In this document: positions 51,650-64,000 of the stretch, piece after piece
How the letters are laid out: every line of letters begins with the position of its first letter
Numbering within the stretch: position 1 is the stretch's first letter
Source of the DNA: Malacoraja senta
Taxonomy: Eukaryota
Assembly (NCBI GenBank): GCA_038087875.1
Contig: CM075992.1
Coordinates: 6,264,001-6,328,000, forward strand
Direction of reading: 5' to 3'
Length of the DNA stretch: 64,000 bases
The notes under the pieces: generated by a model
The model's input: only the letters and a program-made list of their open reading frames with translations
Told to the model about the DNA's origin: nothing
Database searches by the model: none
Position numbers and translations under genes: made by a program

Positions 51650-52125
51650 AGGTTCAAAGATCTTTTATTGTCACATGTACCAATTAAGGTACAGTGATAT
51701 GCAAATTACCATACAGCCATACGGGGAAAAAAAGCAACAAGACACACAACTACATAAAAGTTAACATAAACATCCACCTCAGCGGATTCCACACATTCGT
51801 CATTGTGATTGAAGACAAAAAAGTCCAATCTTCTTCCTCTTTATTCTCCCATGGTCGGGGCAGTCGAACCATCCGCAGTCGGAGCGATCGAAGCCCCCGC
51901 AGCCGGTGGTCGAAGCCCCCGCATGGGGGCGATCAAAACTCTCTCGCCAGGGCAGTCGAAACTCCCACGGCTTGGAGTTCCCGAAGCCGGTCTCTGTCCA
52001 GAGACCGCGGGCTCCGTGATGTTAAGTCCGCAGGCACCCACGGTTGGAGCTCCGAGGTCAACCCCTGGCAAAGGGATCGCGACCTCCGCGATGTTAAAGT
52101 CCCGTAGGCTCCCTGCAGTGGAGCT
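51650..52125 (-). repeat. repeat-derived GC-rich segment with internal tandem subrepeats
   Basis: Repeated TCGAAGCCCCCGCA and CTCCG.GATGTTAA.GTCC units; begins with the TTTATTGTCACATGTACC tail seen in other retroposon copies. Confidence 0.5.
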
Positions 52126-52904
52126 CTCGTTATTATTCTTTTTTTTTTAAATGCACCACTCATAAAAAAACACCAGTTTAAGTGTCATGAATGGGTATAT
52201 TTTGTTTACAATGCCTCCCTTTTTCTATGTAATATCTATGTTCTGTCACATAAATCAGGAAAAGGCCTGGTTGAAGACAATTGCCCTGCTTAAATATGCA
52301 TCTGCTTTTTGTTCTCTTATCAGCTTCAGAATAGTTTGACCCTGGTCCTAGCCGGCTTGGATTCTACTGACTGATAAATAGTTAGTGACAATTAAATAAA
52401 TTACAAAAGATAATGGCATGTGTGAACATTCGAACATAAGAACAATAGAAAGAAGGGAAATAAGAGAAAATATTTGCAGCTTCTCCAGATTAAGTGCTGA
52501 AAGCATTGCAGGTGCAATGAATGTTGTAAAGCAGCTGTGTGATCTTGGTAACCTGCCAGAAGAAGGGGCCTGATTTTGACAAGTACTTATGAAAGTGTAA
52601 TCGTGTTGGAGATAGCATATTTACAGCTTAGGGGAAAGTTCAAAGCCTTACATTGTATATTTCTTGATTAAAGATATGAAATAAGAAGGGGGAAGGTTAA
52701 CACGATTGCAAGAATCACACAACCGACTCCAGCATTTTTAGAACAGAATCTTTAAGCCTCTAACCATCTAACTGCAATATAAAACTAATTATTGTTGTTA
52801 AGTTAAAATAATGACTTGCAAATCATTTCAGTTTCAGGGAAAAAGCAAATCTGAGAAAGTATCTCGGCAAGACTGGTGGAAAATGATGACAGACATACAC
52901 TTAC

Positions 52905-52935
52905 TTGCAGGAATTGACATCTTTCTTTTACTCAT
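52905..52935 (-). CDS. brme1: BRME1 coding exon 1 (MSKRKMSIPA, ends phase 1)
   Basis: Acceptor ttttgttgctttgcag before 52949, ATG at 52935, donor A|GTAAGT. Resembles the short basic N-terminus (MTKRK..) of mammalian BRME1. Confidence 0.75.
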
Positions 52936-54352
52936 ACCCAAGATATTTTCTGCAAAGCAACAAAAACTAAAAGTGACACATATCACAGCAAGTTATGGTG
53001 TACAAATAAAAATAAGTCTGAAGAGTGAAATAAAGGGAGAATATCTGTCAGTAAGGCTATAAAAAGCTAAAACAGTACTCAATAAAGTAACAAATCTAAA
53101 TAGAACCCTGCATTAGAACTAAGTGACTACATATACTTATTTTGCAATAAAATTACTGAATTTATTTGCTGCTAAATTAAAAATTTAGCAGCACAATTAA
53201 TTCAATAGTGTGGAAACTGAACGTTAACCATTCAATTCAATTATTAATAGCATTGATGGAATTTAAAAGTTATTACACACAGGATCTTAAGAGTTGTAAT
53301 TTCAGCATTTCCTGCATTAAATGCTAAAATAATTATACCATATTAAGTAGTAATAACAATTATGATGATTTCTTTCTCTCCCATATGTGTGACATCCATG
53401 TCTAATGGCAGTATGCTCAGCTAATACAGACCACATAAATATCTTGAACTCAAGCACACAGCTTGGACATCTTAAAAGAAACAAGAACTATTCCACTTTA
53501 ACAGCAAAAATTACATTTAAATCCAAAGAACAGCAGAAACTAATTACTTCACCAAATGAGCACCAAACACTGCTTTAATTACACTGTTTGCAATGAGGGG
53601 CTTAATCAAGTTACAAATCTGCGGCATTCTCAGCAACAAAGTTTGAAACAAATTCCTGAAGTATCTCAGTAACATTTTGTTTACAAGCATCAGATGAGCA
53701 TAGAAAGGAACTGCAGATGCTGGTTCTGGTCAAAGATAGACACAAGTGCTGGAATAACTCAGCGGGTCAGCCAGCATTTCTGGAGAAAAAGGATGGGTGA
53801 CATTTTAGGTCGGGACCCTTCTTCGGATTAAAGATTTTTTTTTAGAGTCATACAGTATGAAAACTGGTCCTTTGATCCAACTTGCACACACCGACCAAGA
53901 TGCCATCCACACTAGTCTATCCGCAATGTCTTTTAAATATTGTTATTGTACCTGCCTCAACTACCTCCTCTGGCAGCTCGTTCCATATACCCACCACTCT
54001 CTGTGTGAAACCTCCCTCAGGTCCCTATTAAATTGCTCCCCTCTCACCTTAAATCTATGTCCTCTGGTTCTTGATTCTCCTACTCTGGGTAAATGGTTTG
54101 GGAAATTTACTCTAAAATGTTCCGTATTCCAGCGCCTGCAGTCTATCTTGTGGCATTTCTTCGGGAGCTTATCGCCATAGCAACAAATTACCTATCCATG
54201 AGGGTATCCATGTGAACTGTTCAAACATCACCTCTTCATATATTTACAGTAAACTTGTGTTTAATACATGTTATAGAACTGAAGGGGTTCAAGAAGGCAG
54301 TAAACTCCTACTCCCACCTTCAGAACAGTGGCTGGCTTAACATTAAACTGAT

Positions 54353-54970
54353 GGCAAGACCAAGCGTCGACTCGGTGACCATTTTGCTGAACATCTGCGT
54401 TCAGTCTGTCAAGGCCAATTGGATCTCCCGGTTGCTAACCATTTTAACTCCCCTTCCGATTCCCATACTGGCCTTTCTGACTTTGGCCTCCTCCACTGAC
54501 AGAGTGAGGCCACACGCAAATTGGAACACTTCATATTTTGCTTGGGTGCTAACAACACACCGGTATGAATGTTGAATTGTCTAATGTTTGGTAATTTCTA
54601 CATACACTGGATTCCTTTGATTTTATCCTCCACTCATTGCGCTCCCCCTCCTCCTCCCTCCACTATGTCGGTTAACCAGTTCCACAGTTCGTAACTATGT
54701 ATTCCTCTTGGGATCACATCGTCCCTAGCCAACATTCGGCCTATTAGGGAAACACCCTGCCCGAGGTCATCTGTTGCCAGCTCTTATATGTCCTGGTCTT
54801 TACTTGCTTCCAGTTACCCTCATTCTCCCCCCCCCCCCCCCACCCTTCCCTCCTCCCCATAATGACTGAAGCAGGCTCCCAACCCAAAATGTCGCCAGTC
54901 CATTTTCTTCAGAAATGCGGCCTAACCCACTGAGGTACTCCAGCATTTTGTGTCCATCTTTAGTATAAAC
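54353..54970 (+). mobile_element. Penelope-like retroelement 3' relic (GIY-YIG endonuclease C-terminal half plus 3' end)
   Basis: Translates GKTKRRLGDHFAEHLRSV..DLPVANHFNSP..QSEATRKLE with stops and frameshifts. Followed by a degenerate CTGAAG..AAAATGTC motif and the family tail. Confidence 0.8.
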
Positions 54971-56339
54971 CTTTTATTATATTTTATTACACTGATCTGC
55001 CAGGCCAGGCAATAAGGTTACAGCAGGTGGGAGACCCTTTGCAAAAGTCCAATATACATAGCATTATCTGCGATTCTCACTGACTTAAACATCTATTCAT
55101 AATTTCAACTGATACCTTACTTCATTTATAAGCATTTGACAGCTAAACTGAATATCATCCATTTCATGTGTTGTCTGCTGATCAATAATCACATGGTCAG
55201 CGTTTAGTGCATGTGGGAGGGAGGAGAAGGGTAACTGACAGGCGCCCGCCCTGCTGAGTTTATCCAGCACTCTGTGTTTTCTCAAGATTCCAGCATTTGC
55301 AGTTTCCTGTGACTCGATAATTTTGGAGGAACTGTGCTCTGGAGATCTCAATTTGTCAGTCTGGGAGGAAAAATGCTTTAAAGACTGGTTTGAGAATGTC
55401 AAAGGTGGAGCACTCTGTTGGAGGAGTACCACCCTAGGCAGCATTCAAGCACGCAGCTTCCCGAGCTCTGGGCCACCTGCATCACCCGTACAGCCAAATT
55501 CAGCCCAAAACACTCGTCATCCAGCTTTATGGCATGGAAACAGACTTTTTGACCCAACCTGTCCATGCCAACCAGGATGCCCATCTAAGCTAAACCTATT
55601 TGCCTGAATTTGGTCCATATCCCTAAACCCTTCCTACCCATGTATCTGTCTAAGTGTTTTTTAAATGTTATTATAGTACCTGCCTCAATTACCCTCTCTG
55701 GCAGCTCCTTCTATTTGACCTTATGACATGACCTCAGCTCCCTATTAAACCTTTCCCCTCTCACCTTAAAAGTATACAATCTGATTTTTGGTTGCCCTCC
55801 CGTGGGAAAAATACTGTGCATTTACACCATCTATTCCTCTCATGATCTTATACATTTCTATAAGAACCTGAGGCAGATGTGATCGCTGCCTCAGCTGGTG
55901 CTTTTTCATTGAAGTTTTACGATGAGACCAGCGAGCACAAATTTAATATATTTATATGTGAAACAAGTTACCTGGACTATGGAAGGTGAGGACATGTAAT
56001 GAAGGATCGTCCTGCGCTCCAGTCCAAGCCAGCTCATCCTCTCCCTGTAACTCTGGCCTTCGAGTTCTGGCAACTTGACCATTAATGAAACTTCGCTGTA
56101 CCCTTTCCAGCTAAGCACCATCCTTCTTATAGCAGAATGACCAAACCTGACCACCATAAAGCCTCACCAATGTCTTGTACAACTGTAGCATAACATCCCA
56201 ACCTCTACTCTATACCCTGCCTTGACTGACAAAGGCCAATGTACCAAAATCATTAAATCCTTCTCATTAACACGCCCTTTTCGCAAGTTTCCGATATAAA
56301 TATATACTCAAATGATCTAACTACCTGGATATTTGTCGT

Positions 56340-57140
56340 GTTAATAAACTCCGCGTTCCCACACGAAGCTCACAACTCCTTCCCGCCCGATTCGCCAGTG
56401 CAATTATGCGCCTGCGCGGTACCTTGGGTAGTGTAGTTCCATTATGGTCCACTCTGATCGTAACGATGGACAGCGAACTACATCTCCCGGCAGGCACAGC
56501 GCAGGTCGCTCCGTCGCTTAGTGACCGGGTGAACTACAACTCCAGGCAGGCACGGCACAGCTAACAACGTCAGATCGAAGTACAACTCCCGGCAGGCACA
56601 GCGCAGGGTGCCCCTATTGCAAACGACGTCAGGGTGAACTACAACTCCCGGCAGGCAAAGCAGCCGCCATTTTCCTCTAGCACCGAACGAACGAAAGAAA
56701 ACCTGCGTCCAGCGCGGCTCCGGGTTCGTTCACGACAGTGTGGGCATTTGTTTACGGCGGTTTGGGCGTTTGTTTGCGGCTGTGTGGGCAGAGCCGCCAG
56801 CTTGTTGTCCGCCGGCGGTGGCGAGCAAAGAGCAAAGAGGTGGCGAGGGGAAGGCGGAAGCCCCGGAGAGCTGGCGCTGAGGTAGTCGTCGCGGGGCTGC
56901 TCATCTCCCCTCACACTCCAGCCTGAGCTCCCGGAATTATCCCATTCTCATCGAGATGCGCTCCCCTCTCGGCGGCCCCGCCTAGGTGTGGTGTGGTGTG
57001 GTGGGGATCGAAGGTTTCGGACGTGTTTCTCCCCTCGGATATGAGGCTGTGAGAGCCGGGCTGCGGGCGATGAACAGGCGCAAGAGAGCTCCGGAGCCCA
57101 AGGGCCATGGAGCGGCCAAGGCCAGACAGGTGAGGCCGGG
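56340..57140. promoter_or_regulatory. CpG-island bidirectional promoter (brme1 / cc2d1a)
   Basis: CpG-dense segment between divergent genes. ACTACA..TCCC (ZNF143/THAP11-type) motifs at 56425-56440 (-), 56475, 56531, 56577 and 56636; NRF1-like TGCGCCTGCGC at 56407; YY1-like GCCGCCATTTT at 56663. Confidence 0.85.
57070..57129 (+). CDS. cc2d1a: CC2D1A coding exon 1 (MNRRKRAPEPKGHGAAKARQ)
   Basis: ATG at 57070, donor CAG|GTGAGG. Resembles the human CC2D1A N-terminus MHKRKGPPGPPGRGAAAARQ. Confidence 0.88.
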
Positions 57141-58119
57141 GGATCTCTGGTCAAAGCCACGGGAGAGGGGTTCAGGTGGGGAGTGGGGGATGTCAGTTGA
57201 GGGGAAGGGGTGTCAGATGAGGGGGATGTGTGTGTGTGTGTGTGTGTGTGTCAGGTGAAGGACTGGAGCAAACGGGAAGTCCAGGTAAGGGGCTGAGAGG
57301 GGGCGGTCAGGTGAAGTACCGGGGGTCAGACGAGAGTCCGGGGCTACCTTCGGGCAGATTTAAAGTTTCACAATCAAATGAGTTTCACATGTTAACTCAT
57401 AAAACACAAGCAGTTACTTCATTATTGAAGTCTGAGAATTACTATTTGAATTTGAATCAGAATTTCCCTGAAAAGGGGATTAATAAAGTATTTATCTATC
57501 TATCTAATTTTAATAATAATAGCCACAGCTTAAGGCTACATTTAAAAAAGAACAAAATCTAAAATATTGCAGTATTGGATAATTGAAATCCACCCTCTTA
57601 GTGTTATGACAACACTGCCACAGAGTGGTAGGACAAGAGTTTATTTAACAGTTAATTAACCTCGGAAGCCTGATCTGCCCTACATGTATAAACTTTGCAT
57701 TAGAATTAGTTTGAATACTTTTATATATCTGATGGGGGAAGCTAATGTTTATCAATCATGGCTGATGTGTCAGGAGGAACTACAAGCGACTACAGATGTT
57801 GGAATCTTGTGCAAAACACAAAGTGCTGGAGAACTCAGCATGTCAGGCAGCATCTATGGAGGGAAATGGACATGTGATGTTTCAGGGCGGGACCCTTTTT
57901 CAGACTTCCCCATAGCCAACAATGAACCATTCTACATTTTCTTGAACATTGTCTGCGTTGATTTGTCATTTTTGCACCTAATTCTTCCATATCTCTAGTT
58001 TCCCTCTCACCTGACTCTCAGTCTGACGAAGGGTCTTGATCCGAAATGACACCCATTCCTTCTCTCCAGAGATTCTGCCTGAGTTACTCCAGCATTTTAT
58101 GTGTCTTTTCTTTTTTGGA

Positions 58120-58262
58120 CTGATCTACATCGATGACTGCATCGGGGCTGCCTCCAGCACCTATGAAGAACTCATTGATTTAATCAACTTTACGACTAAC
58201 TTCCACCCTGACATCAGTCTGAAGAAGGGTCGAGCCCCGAAACATTGTCTGTCCAACCCTCC
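58120..58262 (+). mobile_element. Penelope-like reverse transcriptase fragment joined to a hammerhead-like end
   Basis: YIDDCIGAASSTYEELIDLINFTTNFHP (RT catalytic motif), directly followed by CTGAAGAAGGG..CCCGAAAC. Confidence 0.7.
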
Positions 58263-60226
58263 ACATGATTGAATGGCGGAGTAGACCTGATGGGCCAAAT
58301 AGCCTAATTCTGCTCCTATAACTTATGCACATATTTGATTGTAACAGTTTGTAATACTAGACCAGAAAAGTGGAACAAATGTGAACATTCTACAAACTCA
58401 AAAGATGTGATCCATGACGTGGGAAGAATTAGGCAACTTGTTAACAGTGTAGCTTTAGACAACTGATCAATATGCTATGCCAAGTAATTTCTGGAACCAT
58501 GAGAAGAAGATTGTGTGCTTTAGTAGTGTCAATTTGACCAGGAGATTTATTTTGATGCAGACATTATTAGATAAAATTCGACTAGAAAAATGTTTGTTTT
58601 AAGATGTCACTTTTCCTTTGGTTAATACCAAAACTATTTAGCACCGATCATTTCCTGCAGTTCCAGCTGATGTCAGTTTATTTCCAGTGTTTATACAAGG
58701 ACATGAATATAACAATAATGCTGTTGTGTGAACATTTCTAGTCATATCCAATTGAATTATGTTGGCAGTAGAAATTGGTTGCAGTAAGAAACATTGTGCA
58801 CAACTAGTTTGTGTTTATTTAACCAGTATCGCTCCACGAGTGAAAATGTTTAAAAGGCCTTTCACTCACAAAAACAAAAAAAACATTAGCCAGCACAGCT
58901 GAACGCTGAACCTAGCCATGCAATGCTGACAGTGACTGAGTGGCAAAGAGCGTGATGTATTGCACCAGTGGAAAGCAATTGAAAATGACTGCACATGGAT
59001 GTGAAGTAATTATGGCATTGATTTATGTTTAGTTTAGAGATACAGCGTGGAATCAGGCCCTTTGGCCCACTGAGTCCATGCCGACCAGCGATCCCCGCAC
59101 ACTCACACTATCTGACACACACTAGGGACAATTTACATTTATACCAATCCAATTAACCTACAATCCTTTATGTCTTTGGAGTGTGGGAGGAAGTCTAAGA
59201 TCTTGGAGAAAACCCACGGGGAGAACGTGCAAACTCCGTACAGACAGCACCCATAGTCGGGATCGAAGCCGGTTCTCCGGCGCTGTAAGGCAGCAACTCT
59301 ACCACTGTGCCGGTGGTCACTGATTATCAGTGAACAGGTCAAGTCATCAGTGATGACTGGTGAACAGTGATCTCCATTAGTGAAGGTAGTGTTACTTCAC
59401 CCACGTATTCGGTATCCTGGAAACAGAATAAGAAGCCGCTTTTATAAAATTAATAATCTAAGTAGTTAATTGTAGAAATAGTGTGGAAACAGGCCCTTTG
59501 GCTCACCGAGTTTACGCCGACCGGCTATCCTACACACTAGGAGCAATTTTCAATTTTTTTTAAAAACCGATTAACCTACAAACCTGTACATATTTGGAGC
59601 GTGGAAGGAAACGGGAGCACCTGGAGAAAACCCACACAGTCACAGGGAGAGCTTGCAAACTCCATACAAACAGCACTTGTAGTCTGGATCAAACCTGGTT
59701 CTCTGGCGCTCTAAGGCAGCAACTCTACCACTGCGCTGCCCCATGTATAATTGTAACTATGTACATTTAATCTGGTTCATAACTGCACTGTATTTTGAAC
59801 AATGATAGTTATTACTGTTGGAGTTGTCTGATGTGTTTCCCAAATTTGTAGTTTTAATTTTGTGAGTGAAAGGGTTTTCCACATTTGTCATCAATTAAAG
59901 ATAATGCCTAATGCTATGTGTTAATGACAATGTAGAAGCAAGGAATTGCAGGTGTTGGTTTATACCAGAGATAGACACAACGTGCTGGAGTAGCACAGCG
60001 GGTCAGGCAGCATCTCTGGGGAACAAGAACAGGTGACTGCTGAGTTAGTCCAGCACTTTGTGTCTTTTTTGTGTTTATGGGTTTGTCTCCAGTGAGATCC
60101 TGAACAATGCAAACTGAGACAGAAAGTAAGCCCAGTTATAAGAGTGATCTTCATGCAGTTTCATTTGGAAATGCTGTACCTCTGTATTTACAGGACATCA
60201 AGTTTATAATAAGTGTGTTTTCACAG

Positions 60227-60359
60227 CTTGGCTTGCTGGTCGACTTCCCGGATGGTATGATGGATGTGAATGACAATGAAAATGAAGCTGACTTAGAAGC
60301 AGAACTGGCAATGATTACTGGACAGAAGCCAGCTGGTAGAGGAAACACAAAGGGAAAAG
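60227..60359 (+). CDS. cc2d1a: CC2D1A coding exon 2 (gene continues beyond the window)
   Basis: Acceptor ttttcacag; encodes LGLLVDFPDGMMDVNDNENEADLEAELAMITG..KGK; donor G|GTATGA. LGLLVD favours CC2D1A over CC2D1B. Confidence 0.9.
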
Positions 60360-60721
60360 GTATGATATGAGATTTACCACTTTTCCCCGCCCTCATAAAT
60401 AGAATTAGCATAAAGGGTTAGAGCAAGTTTCTTATATTCTTGAAAATTCTAAGTGTGTGCATTAATTGAGACGTGTCATTATGCAGGTTGCAAAGTTGAA
60501 GTGTGTGTGTGCGCACGCGCCTGCATACAGCTTCTCTTAGTACTGATGTCTACTTTTGTTTTGCTTGCTGTGGAGTCATAACTAATAAGCTTTGATTTGA
60601 AAATTGTCTTGAAGTGGAGTCAAAAGTTAGATTATCATTGAAGTATTTTGTTGGGTTTGAATTCGGAATGGAGGAGGGAAGGACCAAGAGTGAGGTACTT
60701 GCTGTGAGAAATCAACCCTTA

Positions 60722-61041
60722 AACCCCTGTCCCACGGTACGAGTTCATTCCAAGAGTTCTCTCGAGATTGCCCTGATTCGAACTCGGAGATTTACGGTAA
60801 TGGCCACTCGTCGGTACTCGGGGCTCTCGTGGACATTTTTCATCATGTTGAAAAATCTTCACGAGTCTTCCCGTGCTTACCTGCCGTTGGCGAGTCTTCC
60901 CGAGTACCTGCCGTTAGCCCTAAGAGACGTCCCCGAGCTCCGACGTACCCGCTACGTTCATTCTCCGTGCTTACCACGAGCTCGATTTTTTTAAAACTCG
61001 GGAGAGCTCTTGGAATGAACTCGCACCGTGGGACAGGGCCA
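60722..61041. mobile_element. PIF/Harbinger-like MITE in cc2d1a intron 2
   Basis: CCCTGTCCCACGGT.CGAGTTCATTCCAAGAG..CTC TIRs; TTA duplication. Confidence 0.8.
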
Positions 61042-61763
61042 TTACCCTGGTGTTATTTCCAGTGTTGGAAAGTAAAATGTAGAACAGTTCAACACAGGGA
61101 CAGGCCCTTCAGCCCACAATGTTGGTGCTGAACATGATGGCAAGATAATCAAATCTCACCTGTTTGCATATGATCCGTATTTAGATTGTATCTGCACACT
61201 GTGGAAGGCTCGATTGTAATCAAGTATTGCCTTTTTGCTAAAGTGTGTGAGAAAGAACTGCAGATGCTGGTTAAAATCGAACGTAGACACACAATGCTGG
61301 AGTAACTCAGCGGGCGAGGCAGCATCTCTGGAGAAAGGGAATGGGGTCTCGACCTGAAACGTCGCCCATTCCTTTTCTCCATAGATGCTGCCTCACCCGC
61401 TGAATTTCTCCAGCATTTTGTGTCTACCATTATCTTTTTGCTGACTGGTTAGCACGCAACAAAAGCTTTTCACTGTTCCTCGGTACATGGCAATAAACGC
61501 AACTCATCTCATAAGCTCAATATTCCTCAATTCTCTGCATATCCATGTGCCTTTCTGAAATCGGCTTAAGCAGAGGTATTGTACCTGCCCCCTTGCCGCA
61601 AGTTGCAGGCACCCATCACGCTCTGTAAATAGAAACCTGCCCCGCACTTCTCCTTTAAACTTGGCCTCACTCATACAGTGTGGAAACAGGCCCTTCAGCC
61701 CAACAGGCCAACATGTCCCAGCTACACTGATCCCACCTGCCTGCGCTTAGTCCATATCCCTCC

Positions 61764-62830
61764 AAACAAAGCAAAGAGTCAAGGTGGGTGAAAAACTCTC
61801 CAGCCCTCTGACTCTCAACACAGGAGCCCCTCAAGGGTGTGTTCTGTCACCTCAGCTCTTCTCACTTTACACCAACAACCTCACATCCCAATGCAGCTCA
61901 GTTAAAATTTTCAAATATGCAGACGACACAACAATAATTGGCCTCATCTCAGACAACAACGAATCACAATACCATCAAACAGTGGACAGCGCAGTCAAAT
62001 GGTCCGCAGACAACAACCTCCAGCTTAATACTTTAAAAACCTTAGAAATCATCATAGATTTCAGACGCAAACAAAACCTCAAACCCCCGGTCCATGTCAA
62101 CTCCCATCCCATAACCTCCACGAACTCATTTAAGATTCTGGGCACCTATATCTGCAATAATCTAAAATGGCACATCAATGCAGACCACATCATCAAGAAA
62201 GGACAACAATGCCTATACTTCCTCAGACAGCTCAAAAAGTTCACAGTCCACAAACACCTCCTGGTCCGCTTCTATCAATCCATCATTGAAAGCATCATCA
62301 CCTCCTCAATCACAGTCTGGTACCGAAACACTGACAGTCACTCACTACACAGAATACAGCGCATTGTCTCCAAGGCCTCTAGGATCATCAACTCTCCCCT
62401 CCCCCCAATCCATACCATTTACCTCCAACGTACCTCAAAACGGGCAATAAAGATCATCTCGGACCCCTCCCATCCAGCAAACCACCTTTTCCAGTCTCTC
62501 CCTTCAGGGAGGCGCCTTAGGTCACTTGCTACAAAATCCACCCGCTTTAAAAACAGTTTCTTCCCCTCAGCAATAAGAACACTCAATTCCCTCCAATAAC
62601 AGACAATACTAAGGACTTTTGATGTATACAGTGTCTTGTCTATGGTCTTTGTCTGTTCTTTTGCACTATGTATTGTTGGTGTGATTTGTGATGTGGTATG
62701 GATGCGCTTTATTACTATGATCTGTGTTGTTATTAGTGTTAATGTGACTAAAGCAGTGTACCATCATGTACCGAACCCAAATACCACCATCCCTGGTCGT
62801 GTGGCAAATAAAGATTCTATCTATCTATCT
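61764..62830 (+). mobile_element. 5'-truncated Rex1/Babar-type LINE, young, inserted into a CR1 3' end
   Basis: Uninterrupted 271-codon RT C-terminus (GAPQGCVLSP..YADD..SFFPSAIR), 3'UTR, AATAAA and (CTAT)n tail. A second copy of this 3'UTR lies at about 27700-27955. Confidence 0.85.
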
Positions 62831-64000
62831 AACCTGTCCTATCCATGTACCTGTCTAACTGTTTCTTAATGGTTGGGATAGTCCCTGCCTCAACTACCTC
62901 CTCTGGCAGCTTGTTCCATACACCCACCACCCATTGTGTGAAAAAGTTACCCCTCAGATTCCTATTAAATCTTTGCTCCTCCACCTTGAACCTATGTCCT
63001 CTGGTCCTCGATTCCCCTACTCTGGGCAAGAGATTCTGTGCATCTACCCGATCTATTCCTCTCATGATTATGTACACCTCTATTAGATCACCCCTCATCC
63101 TCCTGCGCTCCATGGAATAGAGACCCAGCCTACTCAACCTCTCCCTATAACTCAGACGACCCTCTAGTCCTGGCAACAACCTTACCGTCAAGCTATGCCC
63201 TCTTGTGGCTTTCAAGTGACTTTGGTGCAAGCTTAGAATATCAGAACATTTTGCAATTGCTGTGAGTATACAAAGAAGAGCAGAGAACTTGAAAACAAGA
63301 AATGGGCGCATACCATGCAGCCACTTGCTCATTACCTGCATTCAATCAACTCGTGGCTGATTTTAATTTTTATTATTTTCTGCCTTATCTGCTATTTCCC
63401 TTTATTTTGTTGATGTGTAATATCTATTGATGTTGATCTTGAATGCACTCGATGTCTGAGCAACTAGCCCTCTGTAGCTAGTGAATCCCAGAGAATCACC
63501 ACCCTCAGAGTGAAGGGGTTTCTTCTCTTCTCAATACCGAATGGTTGACCCTTTATTGTGAAACTGTGATACCACTGCTGGAGGAAGTATTAATCCTGCC
63601 TTTAACTCTGACAAACCTGTAAGAATTTGAGTGATTCTGTGTCTTTCAATGATCCTTTCTCATTCATGTAAATTGAAGCGAGTATTGGCTCTTTTTCTTG
63701 CCTTTCCTGTAGGATTTTCCTCTGTCCCATCAAGTTCCAGGAATCAATCTGTGAGCCTATGCTGCATTTCCTCTGTAGCAAGTACATCCTTAAATGGGGA
63801 GACCACATCTGTACACTATTTCGAGTGCAGTCGTGCGAGGAAAATTATTTTGATGACTGAACAAAAATTTGTTCCAAATGAGCACTTCTGAATACAGATT
63901 ATCTCAATGCTTTATCTGCAATCTTGTCCACAAGCTTGCTTCCACATGTTCCTGCGCTGTAGCAATGACAGCATTTGTCTCTGACGTCCTGGAGCATTAG

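Noticed and set aside
56475..56660. CRISPR-like repeat-spacer array
   Set aside because: Eukaryotic promoter context, irregular and partly homologous spacers, no cas genes; explained as transcription-factor motif repeats.

Overview
Repeat-rich vertebrate genomic DNA, most likely from a cartilaginous fish (skate or ray); the taxon is inferred from the V-SINE/CR1/Penelope repeat complement and not proven. The window holds a conserved gene block in the same order as at human chr19p13: a two-hairpin miR-181 cluster (+, about 16.6 and 17.6 kb), intronless nanos3 (+, 24316-25161), a 9-coding-exon BRME1/C19orf57/MEIOK21 orthologue reconstructed by hand (-, 52935 to 33719, about 1108 aa), a CpG-island bidirectional promoter with a tandem array of ZNF143-type motifs (about 56.4-56.7 kb), and the first two coding exons of CC2D1A (+). 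Almost all other short ORFs derive from repeats. The most unusual signal is a very abundant 150-300 bp family derived from the 3' end of a Penelope-like retroelement. It carries a minimal type-I hammerhead ribozyme core (CTGAAGA..GAAACGTC), often occurs as head-to-head palindromes with asymmetric arms, and in several copies is flanked by 10-17 bp direct repeats. One copy has apparently duplicated about 190 bp of its flank in inverted orientation, giving a near-perfect 676-bp fold-back that probably lies in the brme1 3'UTR.
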